A stretch of DNA of 48,840 nucleotides, the filler included, from Catajapyx aquilonaris (taxonomy: Eukaryota): the NCBI GenBank assembly GCA_000934665.2. It is 3 parts of 3 records of this genome, joined end to end, with 100 filler letters (N's around TTAATTAATTAA, not from the genome) between each part and the next. Parts side by side here need not be neighbours in the genome. Positions count along the whole stretch, not along the records: positions 1 to 16,220 come from KZ539662.1; 2 more parts are not named here. One strand, given 5' to 3'. The notes below the pieces were generated by a model. It saw nothing but the letters and a program-made list of their open reading frames with translations, searched no databases and was not told the origin of the DNA. Each line of letters starts with the position of its first letter. The stretch's first letter is position 1. This document shows positions 1 to 12,328 of this stretch, one piece after another. The translations under genes and the position numbers were made by a program.

Positions 1-959
1 GGGGGGGGGGAAATTATCCCCCCTTGCCGCCCCTGCCAAAAACTCACGGTACGCCAGTGTGTCCTCGTCTTCCAACTTAGTCTGCTAGGACTGGCTTCTC
101 TTCTGAATCCACACCATACTTAAATTCCTAATAAAATCACCTTGTCTGGGGCCCGTAAGCCCTAACCCCAATAAGGTAGGCTATGCAGCGGTATGCATAA
201 ATCAATGAAGGTCTTCAAGTAAAAAAGTTAACGAAACTGTTCAGATTACACTGTGTATTGTAAAGCAATGCTGATTGTAATGCTGATTAATAACCTATTA
301 AGTTGGTCAAAACATGGAGATATTCATAATTATAGTGTTCCAATAGCAAGATTTTCATATTTCTATCTTGCCGAGGTCACACATGCACCAAATCACAGGG
401 CACTGAAACCATTAAAACGTGGCAGAGATTGCCCCTGGGTCTGCCCCAGTCTGCCCTATGCCCTCCCAGAACCACTGCAACCTACCAGGCTTTATGGTGC
501 GATAACCTCCCGAAACAGCATGCTAGGATCTAACTTGGGCCATGGGCAACCCCGTGGGCAACCCCATATCTACCCTTCCTGCTTCCCGCACATGGAGACG
601 CACATGGTCAACCGAGTAGCCAATCGTTAGGAAAAGGCACACCCTCAATTGGCCAATAGGGCGTCAGTGTTAACAACTTGGCAACACTGCCTCATACCAT
701 CTTCAGAGTTGCTCCACATCACGCTCCAGTGGCTCCACATTCTCTCCCGGTCCCGGAGTCCCGGGAAGCTTTTTAGTATTTATACAGATGTTTCCACTTT
801 GGTTTACACTACTTTACTCAACTACTGAATCACGTACTGAGCTTTTAAGATTCGTGCCCGTAATAACCTCATTATAACATGGTAGGGCACATTCCTGTTG
901 GGACGTCTGTGCCGACACTGGCACGGAACATATGTTGGTGTAAGCTAACACTTGGGCTT

Positions 960-1330
960 AAGCATGTGTTGCGTTGGTCATTCAGTAGTCAGAAAGATGG
1001 GCTGTCCACTGGAAGAGGTTTGCCAACTCAAGGTATGTTTCCCACTAAAGGCCTAAGTTCATATCTGTGTGGCTCGGCTCATTCTTTGGACCGCGTCACA
1101 CCTTTGCTAATGTGATTCATGCCTGTGCGAGGGAGTGGCAAGGGTGTGGCAGAAGCCAATGGGGTGCGAAAAGCATAGCCAGAAGGTGTTTCTCGCAAAC
1201 TTGTGTACCCATTTTCATGGTCGGTACCCAACCTTGTGAGAACTGGTGTTTGCGAGTGAATCTCTGGGTTGCAAAAAAAGATCATGTTATTGTCGACCTG
1301 GATTTTGTGATGTGCTGTTGAGCAGTAGGG
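960..1330 (-). mobile_element. Highly decayed mariner-type transposase relic
   Basis: Minus-strand fragments resemble mariner motifs (LTRLGTDHENG ~ xRIVTGDEKW; downstream PSFSDY-like ~ APSDY). Many frameshifts; ends approximate. Confidence 0.4.
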
Positions 1331-1431
1331 TTCTCACCATGCAGAAGTGAGTTCCATCCTTTTCTACTAAGAATTAATTAAGACAGGAATAAAACAGGAC
1401 TCCCAAAGGAACCACACGCCTATTACGTAAC

Positions 1432-1480
1432 TATTATTATTATTGTTGTTGTTGTTGTTGTTGTTGTTATTACTATTATT
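1432..1480. repeat. (TTA)n/(TTG)n microsatellite
   Basis: tattattattattgttgttgttgttg... seen directly. Confidence 0.9.
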
Positions 1481-1489
1481 ACTGTATTA

Positions 1490-1816
1490 CAGGAAGTCCC
1501 CAGTTTACGAACAACCCAACTTACGGCAATCCGTACTTACGAACAGGCTCCCAAGGCTCCCCATAAGGAAAATTTATAATTATCCCTCCACTTTCTATCA
1601 TTTCTGCTTACTTTGACCGTCACCTAGTTCAACATAAATATCGTATAATAAATGAATAATTGGGGAACTGTTCTTCCACACATGTAAACAAACACGTCAT
1701 GTAAGCAGTTCGTTGGAGCGGCATTTTTACGTTCCTCAGGGATCTGAGATACATGCAAATCCGACTTATGGACATTTTCAGGAACGTAACCCTGTTCATA
1801 GACTGGGGACTTCCTG
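1490..1816. mobile_element. pogo/Tigger-type MITE with TA TSD
   Basis: TIRs caggaagtccccagtttacgaaca / tgttcatagactggggacttcctg, TA on both sides, internal ACTTACG subrepeats. Confidence 0.8.
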
Positions 1817-2879
1817 TATTATCGTCATCGTCATTGTCGTCATTGTTATGGGAGCACAAAGGTGAATTTGCAAGCTTACAAGAAGTGCCATTTGCAAGCA
1901 AATTCTGGTTGCAAGAAAGTAAATTCTCACACTCTATATGTCTCACTTTGTGTCCTCTGCACACGAAATAAGCCACATAGGCTGAAAGGGTTAAAACTGT
2001 TTTCAACAAAAAAAGCTGTGGTGAGAGTTTAGGTTTTTCTGCAACCAAAAATATTTCCTGGCCACCAGTGCTTGGTAACTTGCAGACCCACCAGTGCATA
2101 AGTGGGGTGTGCACTCCACTTGATTAGTTGAAATTACAGGCCCAAATCCTCATATCTAATAAATAAAATTATAGGCTAATTAGTTAATGACATGTCTTTC
2201 TACCAGTTGCAGTGAATAGGCTTTTCGTATGTAATTGTTTTAAATATACTGCATTACCAATTTGTCATGCAGTTTGTACAGGGTGGTGGGAAAGCTGTGC
2301 ACATAGTCTTGGATTTAGGGTTCTTGTGAATTTCTAAGACAAAATTGCCCTAGTTCATTTTGGTGATTTTTCTTTCATTACAGAGAGAATGCTTAAATTC
2401 AAAGCTGCAATGTGATTTAAGGAATCTTTACCATTGATCATTCTTCTATGAGAAGTAGGCCTAGTGCTTGAGTTGAGATATAGTGTGCATGAAGAAACCT
2501 GTCCAAATAATCTGAGTCTGAATCACAATAATCTAGGGTGGTCTAAGGGTGCAGGGACAAGTTTTTAGGGATGGTTGGTAGGCATACGGAAGAATTGTTT
2601 GGCTTGAAAAAAACCAAGGACATGTCTTTTGCTTGGCATTGACTGTGTCTTCAGGATGACAATAGTCAGTGGTGTTTCTTCTATGCCAATGCAGTTTCTG
2701 TGTCAACAATATTGACTGTGTGAGAGTATTCTGTGTTTGATTTAGTATACAGTCAGTTAAAAATTTATGGTAGGAGACCAGAAGCTCAAATTAGCCTCCA
2801 AGCGAGGCAGAGAGAGACCTCCAAGAGTCGCAAGGAAGAGGGAGGAGTGCCTTTCTTGGAAGCTACTTTGAACTTCTGA

Positions 2880-3140
2880 GGGCGACACGGTGGCGGAGTG
2901 GTTAGCGCCACAGCTTTCCACCTCTGAGGTCCCTAATTCGATCCCAGGGTCGGATGGAGGATACTTATGTGGATAGAGTTTCGATGGGTTCTCTCCGTGT
3001 TCGCGTGGGTTTTCTCGAGGTCATCCTGTTTCCTCCCACAATCAAAATCTATCACAGCACAGGCAATGATTAAAGATGGCTTACGAAAAGATGATCCCCT
3101 AAGAGGCCCAAGGAGACCTATCATGGGGTATCCATTATTA
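2880..3140 (+). mobile_element. tRNA-derived SINE with V-SINE-like central domain
   Basis: A box TGGCGGAGTGG (2891), degenerate B box taattcgatccc (2934), central gagttt...gttctctccgtgttcgcgtgggttttctcgaggtcatcctgtttcctcccaca resembling the V domain, short (TTA) tail. Confidence 0.7.
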
Positions 3141-3142
3141 TA

Positions 3143-3552
3143 CAGGGAGTACCGGTAACTCTGGCAAAAATCACAGGGTCTGTAGAGGCCCCATAGGCAA
3201 GTATTTTGAGCTTAGGTACCAATGTCTGGAAATGCCCCCGCACAGGGGTACGGCCGTTTCCACCCTTGGTCTGTTGCACCTGGTGGGTAGGCAACGCATC
3301 GTACTCGAAGCTTGCGTTCATCAGGTGTGTCGCAATTGTTTTCACCTTCGTCTCCTCCACATGCGACACACCTGATGAACACAAGCTTTGAGTACGATGC
3401 GTTGCCTACACCAGGTGCAACAGACCAAAGGTGGAAACGGCTGTACCCCCATACGGGGGCATTTCCAGACATTGGTACCTAAGCTCAAAATACTTGCCTA
3501 TGGGGCCTCAACCGACCCTGTGATTTTTGCCAGAGTTACCGATAACACCCTG
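3143..3552. mobile_element. Palindromic Tc1/mariner-type MITE (~190-bp arms, ~27-bp loop)
   Basis: TA-cagggagt...ggtaactctggcaaaaatcacaggg on the left, ccctgtgatttttgccagagttaccg...caccctg on the right; arms meet at tgtgtcgca/tgcgacaca. Confidence 0.85.
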
Positions 3553-3553
3553 A

Positions 3554-3958
3554 ATTTGAAACTTACAAATCGCCATTTGTGTAATCATAATTAAGTTAAT
3601 TGCACACCTCAGTTATCTTGGCCTTTTCTCATCCTAATTACTTTGTGAATGTATCGATGGCAAGCCAGAAAGGTGCGTGATAAAATTATTACACCCTGTT
3701 CTATTACACTAAATCTTTTGAAAGTATCGCCGTCTATTCCCACCAGAAAGCGGGCTGGGTACTTTTCTATCAAACCTACTAAAACAACACTATTAGAAAT
3801 TTTAGTGTAATAGAACATGGTGTAATTTTATCACGCACATTTCTGGCTTGCTGTCGATACATTCGCGAAGTAATTCGGATGAGAAACGTCCAAGATAACT
3901 GAGGTGTACAATTAACGTAATTATGATTACGCAAATGGTGATTTCTAAGTTTCAAATA
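3554..3958. mobile_element. Second, more diverged foldback MITE abutting the first (~165-bp arms)
   Basis: tttgaaacttacaaatcgccatttg...gttctattacactaaa versus tttagtgtaatagaac...caaatggtgatttctaagtttcaaa. Confidence 0.8.
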
Positions 3959-4353
3959 TATAATTAGATAGACAAAGATTTGCACTATCCAGGGTTCACA
4001 GGGGGAATTTTTGGCCTGCGAGAAGTGCCATAAAAAATTCATTTTGCGGAATAACGTCGGCAAGTAGTCAAAAAATGACACCTTTCATTGTTGTTCTTGC
4101 GATAAAAAATTACACAATGAAGATAGGTAAACAACTCGCACATACGTTAAGTAGATTTAAACAAGCTTTCTAACGATGTATAACGTTACCATTTTGGACC
4201 GTTTTCCTGGGAGTTATTTAGAGTCAAACACAAGGGCCAATATTTTTTTTAAAAATGGATAGTAACGTTATATCAATCTGAACTTTTGCAAAGTATGTGT
4301 ATAATTTGAAAATTTACATTTCCTGTCTATTCCTATTAGGTAATCATGAGGCT

Positions 4354-7300
4354 ATGAAATGTACATCAGACCTGCTTGCAAAAAGACCAAGTGGTTGGAA
4401 GAAGAACCTTTATGAGAAACAACCTTTCGCAGACCATTACACAGATGTCTCGTTTTTGGAAGAGCTCAAAAAGAATGTCCACTTTGAAGAGGTTGGCTTG
4501 ATACCGGCCATCAGAGGAGCTATACATGTTAGCCAGCAAGTTGCAACAGTGGTTGCATTTGTTATGGTTTTTGTCCAGCTGGACAGTGGAAGCTGGGAAC
4601 CTACTACTGTCCTATTAGGGAGTGGTAGCATTGCTTTACTGGGATATGGCTGGAGATACAGGTACTGGGGAAGAAGGATTCCATAGGGGGCCATAGAATA
4701 TACATCGTACAGGGTGTCTCAACTTTTTTGTCCGAACAATTATCGGAAATATTGCACTTAGCTGATTATTTTTTAGCAGTGACTTGCAACCAGTGATGCT
4801 TCCCTGCCTTTATCAGTAGAGTGATGTGCCAGGAATGTTGGGGCATAATTATTCTGGCTACATAGCTAGAAGATACATAGGCTTTTCCGATAACTGTTCG
4901 GACAAAAAAGTTTAGACACCCTGTATAACACTTGGTAATGAAGATCAAGGCTGCAGTAATGTATTAAGCCCATTTCATCACTCTCTGTGCTGACAGGCAC
5001 TCAGTCTTCCCATAGGCTTCATGCTTGTGAAGACTCAGTTCTAGTCCGGGCATTAACCCCTTCACTACTAGCTATGCTGCCATCGCATAGATTTTCGTTT
5101 CCGTTCAACTTACATATGCTCTGAAGATAAAAATAAGATTTTATTAATAATAACAGCTATGTTCATGCTCTACGCTAAGTATGTGTTTGGAACTATTTCC
5201 ATCATCTAGAAGTCCCTAAATTAATTTCCGAAAAGATCGCCGCTGAGTACCAGCTATACCGCCATCGCCTAGATTTTGTCTTACACATATTCTGAAGATA
5301 ATGAGAAGACATTTTACAAATAATAACATTATATTTACACATTCATGGAAAACACTCTGAATGTGTTTGGAACCATTTTCATCATCTAGAAGTCCCTAAA
5401 TTAATTTTCAGAAAGATCGCGGTAGAGTCCCATTGCCTAAACTTTAGATTACTGGTACTCTGAAGATGAGGACATGATATTTCACAAATTATATCAGACA
5501 CATTTACAGTTCATGCTCTTCACTATGAATGTGTTGGAAACAATATTCACTTGTGTAGAAGTCCCTAAATTAATTTTCAAAAGTAATAGCTTGAAATTCA
5601 AGTACTACTGGCAAACAATAGGCCTATAGCTGTTATTATTTGTAAAATAGCCTGTCCTTATCTTAAGAGTACATATAAGCCAAAATCTAGGCAATGGTGG
5701 GTATACATGTAGTTGGTAGCGAAGGGGTTAAGCACAGCTTGTGTGTGAGACGGGATCTTTGAGGAAAGAAGAGGTGTGATACACAATAGGATCATGCTCA
5801 GGAAATAGGACATTGATTTTTCATTGGGTTCTCTAACCATTTGCCACCTCATCCTTTTCCCAGAAACTTTTCAATCAATCTTTTAAGGTGCGTTTACATG
5901 TGAGTGATTTGACAAGAAAATCTTTGCAGAGGCTGAAATAAACAACAGATTTTCGCCTCAAACAATATTTGTTACTTGGGTTACTCACTCTCGGTGAACA
6001 TTTTGCTCCGCTTCACTCGTCAAATCACTCACGTGTAAACGCACCTTTATTTATACACTACTGTTCATAAAAACCAGAACACTCTAAAGGAGTTGAGATG
6101 TGCCTTTGATTTTTGCAGGATGTGTTCCTCAGACAATACAAAAATGATGAGAATTTTGGCATTATACTTAACTTTGGCATCATACTTAACCATGTGCATT
6201 GATTTAGCTAATATAATCTGTGTAGCCATCTCTGGCAGATACACCTACTGTAGGTGCTGTGGCATTGAATCAAATAATGTACAAAGTTGATTTGAAAAGT
6301 TTTGCCTCATAAGCGATAATTTCAATGCTACACAAGATCAAGATAATCATGTAAACTATACGAGGTAGGCGCCAAAAGTTTCCGACCTGACTATGTTCCA
6401 GGGGTGATAGAAATAAAACAACTATAGTGTCAGACTGTCAGGTAGTCCCAACTATGAGCAGAGGAATGTACAAGTTTCACCCGGCAACGTCAGTCAGTCT
6501 CTTAGAAAAGTCAACTTTAGTCAGACGAGTTGCAACATGGTGAAAATTGAGTATCGGGAGTGATGAAGTTCCTCACCAAGGAAGGCCTTACTGCCATGTC
6601 TATTAAACAGGACTTGGGTGGTGTCTATGGTGAAGCTTCATCTTCATATTCCACCATGAAGAAATGGGCTAAGCAGTTTTGTTTGGGTTGAGAGAGGAAT
6701 AAAGGCGAGCTATGCGACTTTCGGCCCGTGGAGGTGCTGACAGCAGAGACCGTCTCTCTTGTGGAGGAGTAGGTGCTGCAAGCAGGCCCTTGAAGGTGAA
6801 GGAACCCTTAGCAAGCTTGGGGCTTTCAGACACCACCATTCCTCTCATTCTTCATGAACACCGTCACATGAAAAAGGTCTGCATAAGATGGGTGCCTCGA
6901 CTTCTGTCCACAATTCGAAAGCAAAAATGCGTAAGATGTTGAGAAACGTTTTCGGACCTTCGCCGTGGCAAACAGAAAGAAGTACTGAGTCCATCGTCAT
7001 AGGAGATAAAACGATGGTCCTGTGCTATGATCCTCTATCAAAAAATGAATTAATGGAATGGCGTAGGGCGGGCGGAAAGCATCCGAGTGACCCGATCGAC
7101 CAAGAAGACCCTGGTGACGATTCTTGAGAATTCCCAAGGAATCTTACTGATCGACTTCAAGGATTAAAACACGATTGTCTACAGGGAGTCCTACAATGGC
7201 CTGCTGCACAGGTTTCATGATCCCATGAAGAAGAAGAGATGTGGGAAGCTGAGTTGGGGTGTTCTCAAACTTCAGGATAATGCACCAGGTTGCAGGACAA

Positions 7301-10300
7301 TGTTTCCAAGGCTGCTGTGAGGAACTGTGGCTTCGAGGAGCTTGATCACCCACCCTACTAGCCCCTAGTGACTATTACCTGTTATCCGAACTCAAAAAAG
7401 AACTTCAAGGTACGATTAAAAAGTAATGAAGAGTTGCAAGAGACAGTACGATATGAGCATTTTGTAGAGAAAACTTTGGACTATTTTCCCAGAGGTATTG
7501 AAATGTTAATTATGAGATATGAGAAGTGCATTGATGTACAATGAGACTATATTGAGAAATGACACTCTCGTTTTATTTCCATCACCCCTGGAACATAGCC
7601 AGGCGGAAACTTTTGGCGCCTACCTCATATGTCTTGTGAAAGATTGGAATGAGAGACCCCCAGAAAATTCAAAGTCTCCCCTTCTGTGGGGAATGTGTTG
7701 TTGACCATCTTTTGGGATTGTGACTGAATCATCCACGCAGAATTTTTGAAACACGGCAACACTGTCAACTTTGACTGATATGTGAAAATTTTGAAGAAAC
7801 TCCGCGCACGATTGCTGCGAGTTTGTCCAGGCAAAGACACAGTCTTTCACAATGACAATGCTCATTCATGCACGAGTCAACAAACACAGGATGCATTGCA
7901 GTGTCTCAAATTTCATGACATTTTATGCAGCCGCCATACAGCCCGGATCTATCACCTTGCGATTTTTTTCTTTACGCGAAGTTGAAGGGACACCTGAAGG
8001 AACACCATTACACCAGTAATGTGGAGGTGGAAGCAGACATGCATGAATGGTGCTGGGAGAAGATACCTGATTTTTTCTCCAATGGGATGCAACAACTGGT
8101 CTGACGTTGGTGTGTGTGTGGATAGGGATGGTAAGTAAGTGGAAAAGTAATGAAACTCCTTGGTAGAGGAGATTCCAAGCGTTCACCAGGCATAAGGTAC
8201 GTTCACATGGGCGCAAAAATTGCTAGGAAAGTGGCTGGAAAGTTGAATTCCTGGTTTTGTCACCTGTCCAAACGAGAAAGTACAAACTCTTAAAGTCTGC
8301 CCCAAGTTGGAAACGATTCCAAGTTGGAGAAAGTTGGAATCTCGCTCGAACATGGAAAGTGGGGTCACGTGATATCCGCATGCATGCGCTTCAGGGGCAC
8401 ATGCTGCCCCTTCACTCTGCTCCATTCCCCCCACCCCTGCTCCCTTTTCCCCTCTAGTTGTTGGGTGGCGTTTCATCTGTTTTAGTCTCCGGTGACGCCT
8501 TCCGGTGGTGCACACTGGTAGTACTAGCATGGCTCGTGAGGACAACTACTGCCCTGGGAAGTTGGAAATTACTTGGAATCTACTTTCCTAGGAATTTCGC
8601 GCCCGTGTGAACATACTCATTACAGTTTATATGAGTATTTTGCATATTTGTGAAATTATCGCATAGGAGGCAAAACTTTTCAAATCGACCTCGTATTAAT
8701 GGTATCCTGTGGAGTAGCCATCCAGGCTGTATTGACCTGTGTCCACGTTCAACAAGAGTTGCTGGACAATGGTCGTACCCATGCACTTGTCGTTTGAGCG
8801 TGTCCCAGACATTTTCTATGGGTGACAAATCCAGAAATCTAACCAGCCATGGAAGAAGTGGAACCGTTTTATCCCTGAAGAAGGCCTGTGCTGTTGTTGC
8901 GGTGTGGTATTATCCTGCTGAAAAGGGCCTTGGGAACATCCTGCAGGTACAGAAGAGTGATAGGTCAAAGAATGCCATTGGCATAAAGGCACTCGTTATG
9001 GTGGTAAGGACTTTCACAAGGGGTGAGCTTCTTTCATGCCTGATAGTACCCCAGACCATAATGCCTCATGTTGGCCCAGTGTGCCTGGTTAGAATGTTCC
9101 AGATGCCTCTCCCCTTGTCATCTGCGGACCAAGTTGTAGCCATGATTTCTGCCTTAACAGAAGCGAGATTCATCCAATATTATGCCATTCATCACACCAC
9201 TCACTTCTCTCAATGCACCATTGCAGCCTGGCAGTCTGAAGCTGAGGTGTCAAAGGTAGCCTGAGAAGGGCCAATGAGCTGGCTCTCCGACCTGTAATAA
9301 CCGATGACGTACTGTTACATCTGCCATGGAAAACTGTGTCACAGTTTGCCACTGCTCTGCCAGCATCGCTTATGATGCAGAATGGTCACTCAAAGACATT
9401 CTCACCAGATGATGACTGTCCCTTGCTGTTGTCTCCATGATGTCCAGAACCTCCCCTTCGTATCCTACACCCTTATTTGTACTGTACCATTCCCTGCACA
9501 CTCTTTGCATGATGGACACACTGTGCTCCACAGAAATGGAAATATCTCAGAAGGAAATATTACTGTCTCTCATGCCAATAATGTAACCTCTGTCAAAGTC
9601 ACTGATGTGATTGTACAGTACTGGCCAATAATCGAGGCAACGACTAGCGACATTTTTCCGAAGCGGCAGAAGAAGGAATCTTGCTCGCCCGGCTTGAAGC
9701 ATGCTTATCTTCGATTCCTTCTTCTGCCGCTTCGGGAAAATGTCGCTAGTCGTTGCCTCGATTATTGGCCAGTACTGTACAGTCTGCCTTACTCAAGGCC
9801 ATTGCATCCTTACCCACTGCTGCCCAAGCAAACAAACAAAAAAAAAAAAGCAGTGTTTATAACAGAATAATTGCAGATGTAAGGTGTGGAACACTGTGCA
9901 ATTAGATTGGCCTAGACTCGGTACCAATGGACCTGTGACTCCAAAATTGTAATCATTTGTTTTGTATTGTCTAATGAACATATCCTGCAAAAATCAAACG
10001 CCTTTCACGTGTTCTAATTTTTACGAACAGGAGTGTTCTCTGAAATACTTGAATGATTATTTTCTCTTAGAAGTTAACTACCAGGATACAGTACATTCAC
10101 ATTGCGGTACTCTATAAACAATATTTTGGGCTACTGTCGTCATGTTTAGGGCCTCTCCATTCTCTAAATTGGGAGGGAATTATATTAGGTCTATGCAAAA
10201 GTTCCTGCAGTTTACTTTACATGGTCAATAACTAGAGGACACCTGCATGTGTTTTGTGGAGGTGGCAAGACTCAACAAACATGTGCAAGGCTTCCATCAG

Positions 10301-12193
10301 GATTATTTTTAAAATTTTGCTGTGTCAGTTGTTGTTTTGCCCTCATTTCGAGGTGAACCCCGACAAGACTTTCTTTTAAACCATAGAGAGAGCCACAAAA
10401 AAGACATTGCTTCAGCTGGGATGGGAGGTGCTGCCGCACTTAGCGCACTCGCCAGACATTGCCCTTCGAATTACCACCGGTTCCATTCTATGCAACATGC
10501 TAAGAAATGGGTGGTAGACTTCTTTGAGTCAAAGCCCAGAAACTTTTACTACCTGGGCATTCATCTGGACTCAGAATTTTTTAAGCACATAACTCTCTAA
10601 GGAAGCCTACCTTTATATCCAGCGACAAAAGGTGTTCAAAACTTAAAAATAACTGTCACTATCACACTACAATGTTCCTCATTGTTTTGTTGTAAAAAAC
10701 TCCGTTGTGGACATTTGCGTACTCTTAGATTGCCTCTCGCTCTTAATAAAGGATTCAATTGTCACAATCTAGTGATTCTAGTCAAACAATTCTTTCGGTA
10801 GATGGAGATCAGGAAAGAGCCTTTCTGTACATGTGGCCTACTCTCGACGTCGGTTTGATGTCCTGTCAGCACAGTTGATCACTTTCCTCTTGAAATCGGC
10901 ACGGAACGACCTGCGTTTCTCCTTCACTTCCATTGATATGCTCTCCCCGTCCACACACGTGCACAATTCCGGTGTGACCTTGCCACCTATACGTTTCAGA
11001 TGCGTAGCATTGTCCCATTTTCCACTTGCCCCCCCCCCCCTTTTTTACTGGATTCTAATGGATTCCACACGCACATGCATTGCACATGCATTGCACACGA
11101 GGTTGCTGCCGGCAGCTCGAGGCCAGTTCCCAAACTACGGCAATAAATCTGGGTGCGTCTTATATGAGTCAACAACCGATTTTCCACGATTTTTCGCCTC
11201 AAAACCGGGGTGCGTCTTATACGCGTGTGTGTCTTATATGCGCGTAAATACGGTATTATTATTTTGCATTGTGACCAACCAATCTCATAATTTTCTTCGA
11301 CTTATAGAGAACTTTGACTGATGGAAGTTCAACATAGAAGTTTTACTATATATGGGATGGGTATTATTGCTATACTGTTTCTAAAGTATTCTTTGGTACA
11401 TCTGAAGGGGAGATGGTAGTCGTCATCTCGGATTGGTTCAGTTGCTGGGCATGTAAAAATAATATGGTACCAAGTTAGAATGTCAGAATAGTTACAAAAT
11501 GGGCATGTTGTGATTATGAAGAGTTAATTTTTAAGATTTAATGATATTACAGCCATGTGACATGATGTCACTTTGCAGGTGACTGTTGAAAGTTATTAAA
11601 TATTAATTGCCTGGAATTTTTCCCCAAATCTCTCTCTGTCTTCTTTCAGCAAAAACCGAGACTTCTGCCATCTCCGCTCACACCTGAAGACAGCAGGAAT
11701 TTTTTTGACGTTTGGATTTACTTCTGCTCCTGTGCTCCAAACCCTGACTAAGTCAGTGGCTACGGACACAGTGCATGTCTTAGCTATTTTGTCCTTTGCC
11801 CTGCATCTGCTGACCTTCAACTATGGTGTTAGAGCAGCTGTTGTGTCCTCTGCTCTTTCCCTCAACTCAGCCATATTTGCCTCAACATGCCTGGCCTCCA
11901 GACTTCCTTCCCCTCTGCACGCATTTGCATTATTGACATTTGCAGTTGAAGCATTTGTGCTGTTGCCACTTCTTCATGTCAAGGTGGGGTTCATTTCAGG
12001 TGGCATCTGTGTATGTACAATAGGGACTTGGATCTGGGCTGTGTTTGGCCCTTGGGCAGCAGCTCTATTTGTGGGTGTAGTTTTGGTACTAAATGGGATG
12101 TTTCCATACTGGTTCTACAAGTGGCAGAAACTCAAAGAGAATATCTATGGACCTTGGGATGAGGCTGTCATCTACAGCATCACACCCAGTTGA
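4354..12193 (+). CDS. PIGC: Phosphatidylinositol N-acetylglucosaminyltransferase subunit C (GPI2/PIG-C); coding exons 4354-4661 and 11650-12193, ~283 aa
   Basis: N-terminal WKKNLYEKQPFADHYTDVSFLEELKKN; C-terminal PVLQTLTKSVATDT, LSLNSAIFASTCLASRL, KENIYGPWDEA. GT at 4662 and tttcag at 11649 join in frame (phase 2, AG|C = Ser). AATAAA at 12314. Confidence 0.93.
4710..4923. mobile_element. Tc1/mariner-type MITE, TA TSD
   Basis: TA-cagggtgtctcaacttttttgtccgaaca ... tgttcggacaaaaaagtttagacaccctg-TA. Confidence 0.85.
5057..5727. mobile_element. Non-autonomous piggyBac-type element with TTAA TSD and three ~180-bp internal tandem repeats
   Basis: TTAA-ccccttcactact ... ggtagcgaagggg-TTAA; tagaagtccctaaattaattt repeated at ~5207, ~5387 and ~5556. 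Confidence 0.8.
5886..6046. mobile_element. PIF/Harbinger-type MITE, TTA TSD
   Basis: TTA-aggtgcgtttacatgtgagtgatttgac ... gtcaaatcactcacgtgtaaacgcacct-TTA. Confidence 0.8.
6361..7627 (+). mobile_element. Full-length (~1.27 kb) decayed mariner A inserted in mariner B
   Basis: TA-cgaggtaggcgccaaaagtttccg ... cggaaacttttggcgcctacctca-TA; motifs MVKIEYR, WVPRLL, IVIGDKT, QDNA, HPPY..SDYYL with stops and frameshifts. Confidence 0.88.
8195..8617. mobile_element. Harbinger-type MITE inserted in mariner B
   Basis: aggtacgttcacatgggcgc...ctaggaaagt versus actttcctaggaatttcgcgcccgtgtgaacatact. Confidence 0.65.
9616..9777. mobile_element. Young palindromic MITE with TA TSD inserted in the Tc1
   Basis: ~65-bp near-perfect arms cagtactggccaataatcgaggcaacgactagcgacatt... 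/ ...aatgtcgctagtcgttgcctcgattattggccagtactg. Confidence 0.9.
10330..10570 (+). mobile_element. Mariner transposase C-terminal relic
   Basis: GWEVLPHLAHSPDIA..NYHRFHSMQH and KKWVVDFFESKPRNFYYLGIH. Confidence 0.7.
10830..11253 (-). mobile_element. 5' end of a pogo-like element (CCGTA terminus, BrkDBD-like transposase start)
   Basis: Terminus TA-ccgtatttacgcgcatataagac at 11253 with TAAGACGCA subrepeats; ATG at 10933 gives MEVKEKRRSFRADFKRKVINCADRTSN, typical of pogo N-terminal Brinker-type DNA-binding domains. Confidence 0.65.
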
Positions 12194-12328
12194 GTGTCAA
12201 TTGGACTAAATTTCATTTTCGTGAAGCAACATAGAGTGAAATCATGAATGTTTTTGTGGAGCAAATACAATGGCCCAATACACCAAATAAGTGCTTTGTG
12301 AATGTCAGGAGCTAATAAACCTTTACAG

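Larger units (their letters stand above)
6282..8693 (+). mobile_element. Mariner relic B inserted in the Tc1 (internally deleted)
   Basis: TA-flanked TIRs gatttgaaaagttttgcctc / gaggcaaaacttttcaaatc; transposase remnants 7630-8140 (IFWD, HNDNAHS, PPYSPDLSPCDF). Confidence 0.8.
6056..10035 (-). mobile_element. Decayed Tc1-like transposon (outer element of a nested stack)
   Basis: TIRs cactactgttcataaaaaccagaacac / gtgttctaatttttacgaacaggagtg. Minus-strand transposase remnants ARLQWC, DLSPIENVWDTLKR, AWMATPQDTIN|TLFDSMP are split exactly at the TA where mariner B inserted. Confidence 0.8.

Noticed and set aside
2881..2955. tRNA gene
   Set aside because: Degenerate B box, no convincing acceptor stem, and it runs into a SINE core.
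3121..3594. Pair of similar ORFs on opposite strands (RGHFQTLVPKLKILAYG)
   Set aside because: Mirror products of a palindromic MITE; the same applies to ORF pairs at 17003/17493 and 39947/40028.
8650..9264. 204-aa + strand ORF
   Set aside because: Antisense to the decayed Tc1 transposase; no recognisable domain.
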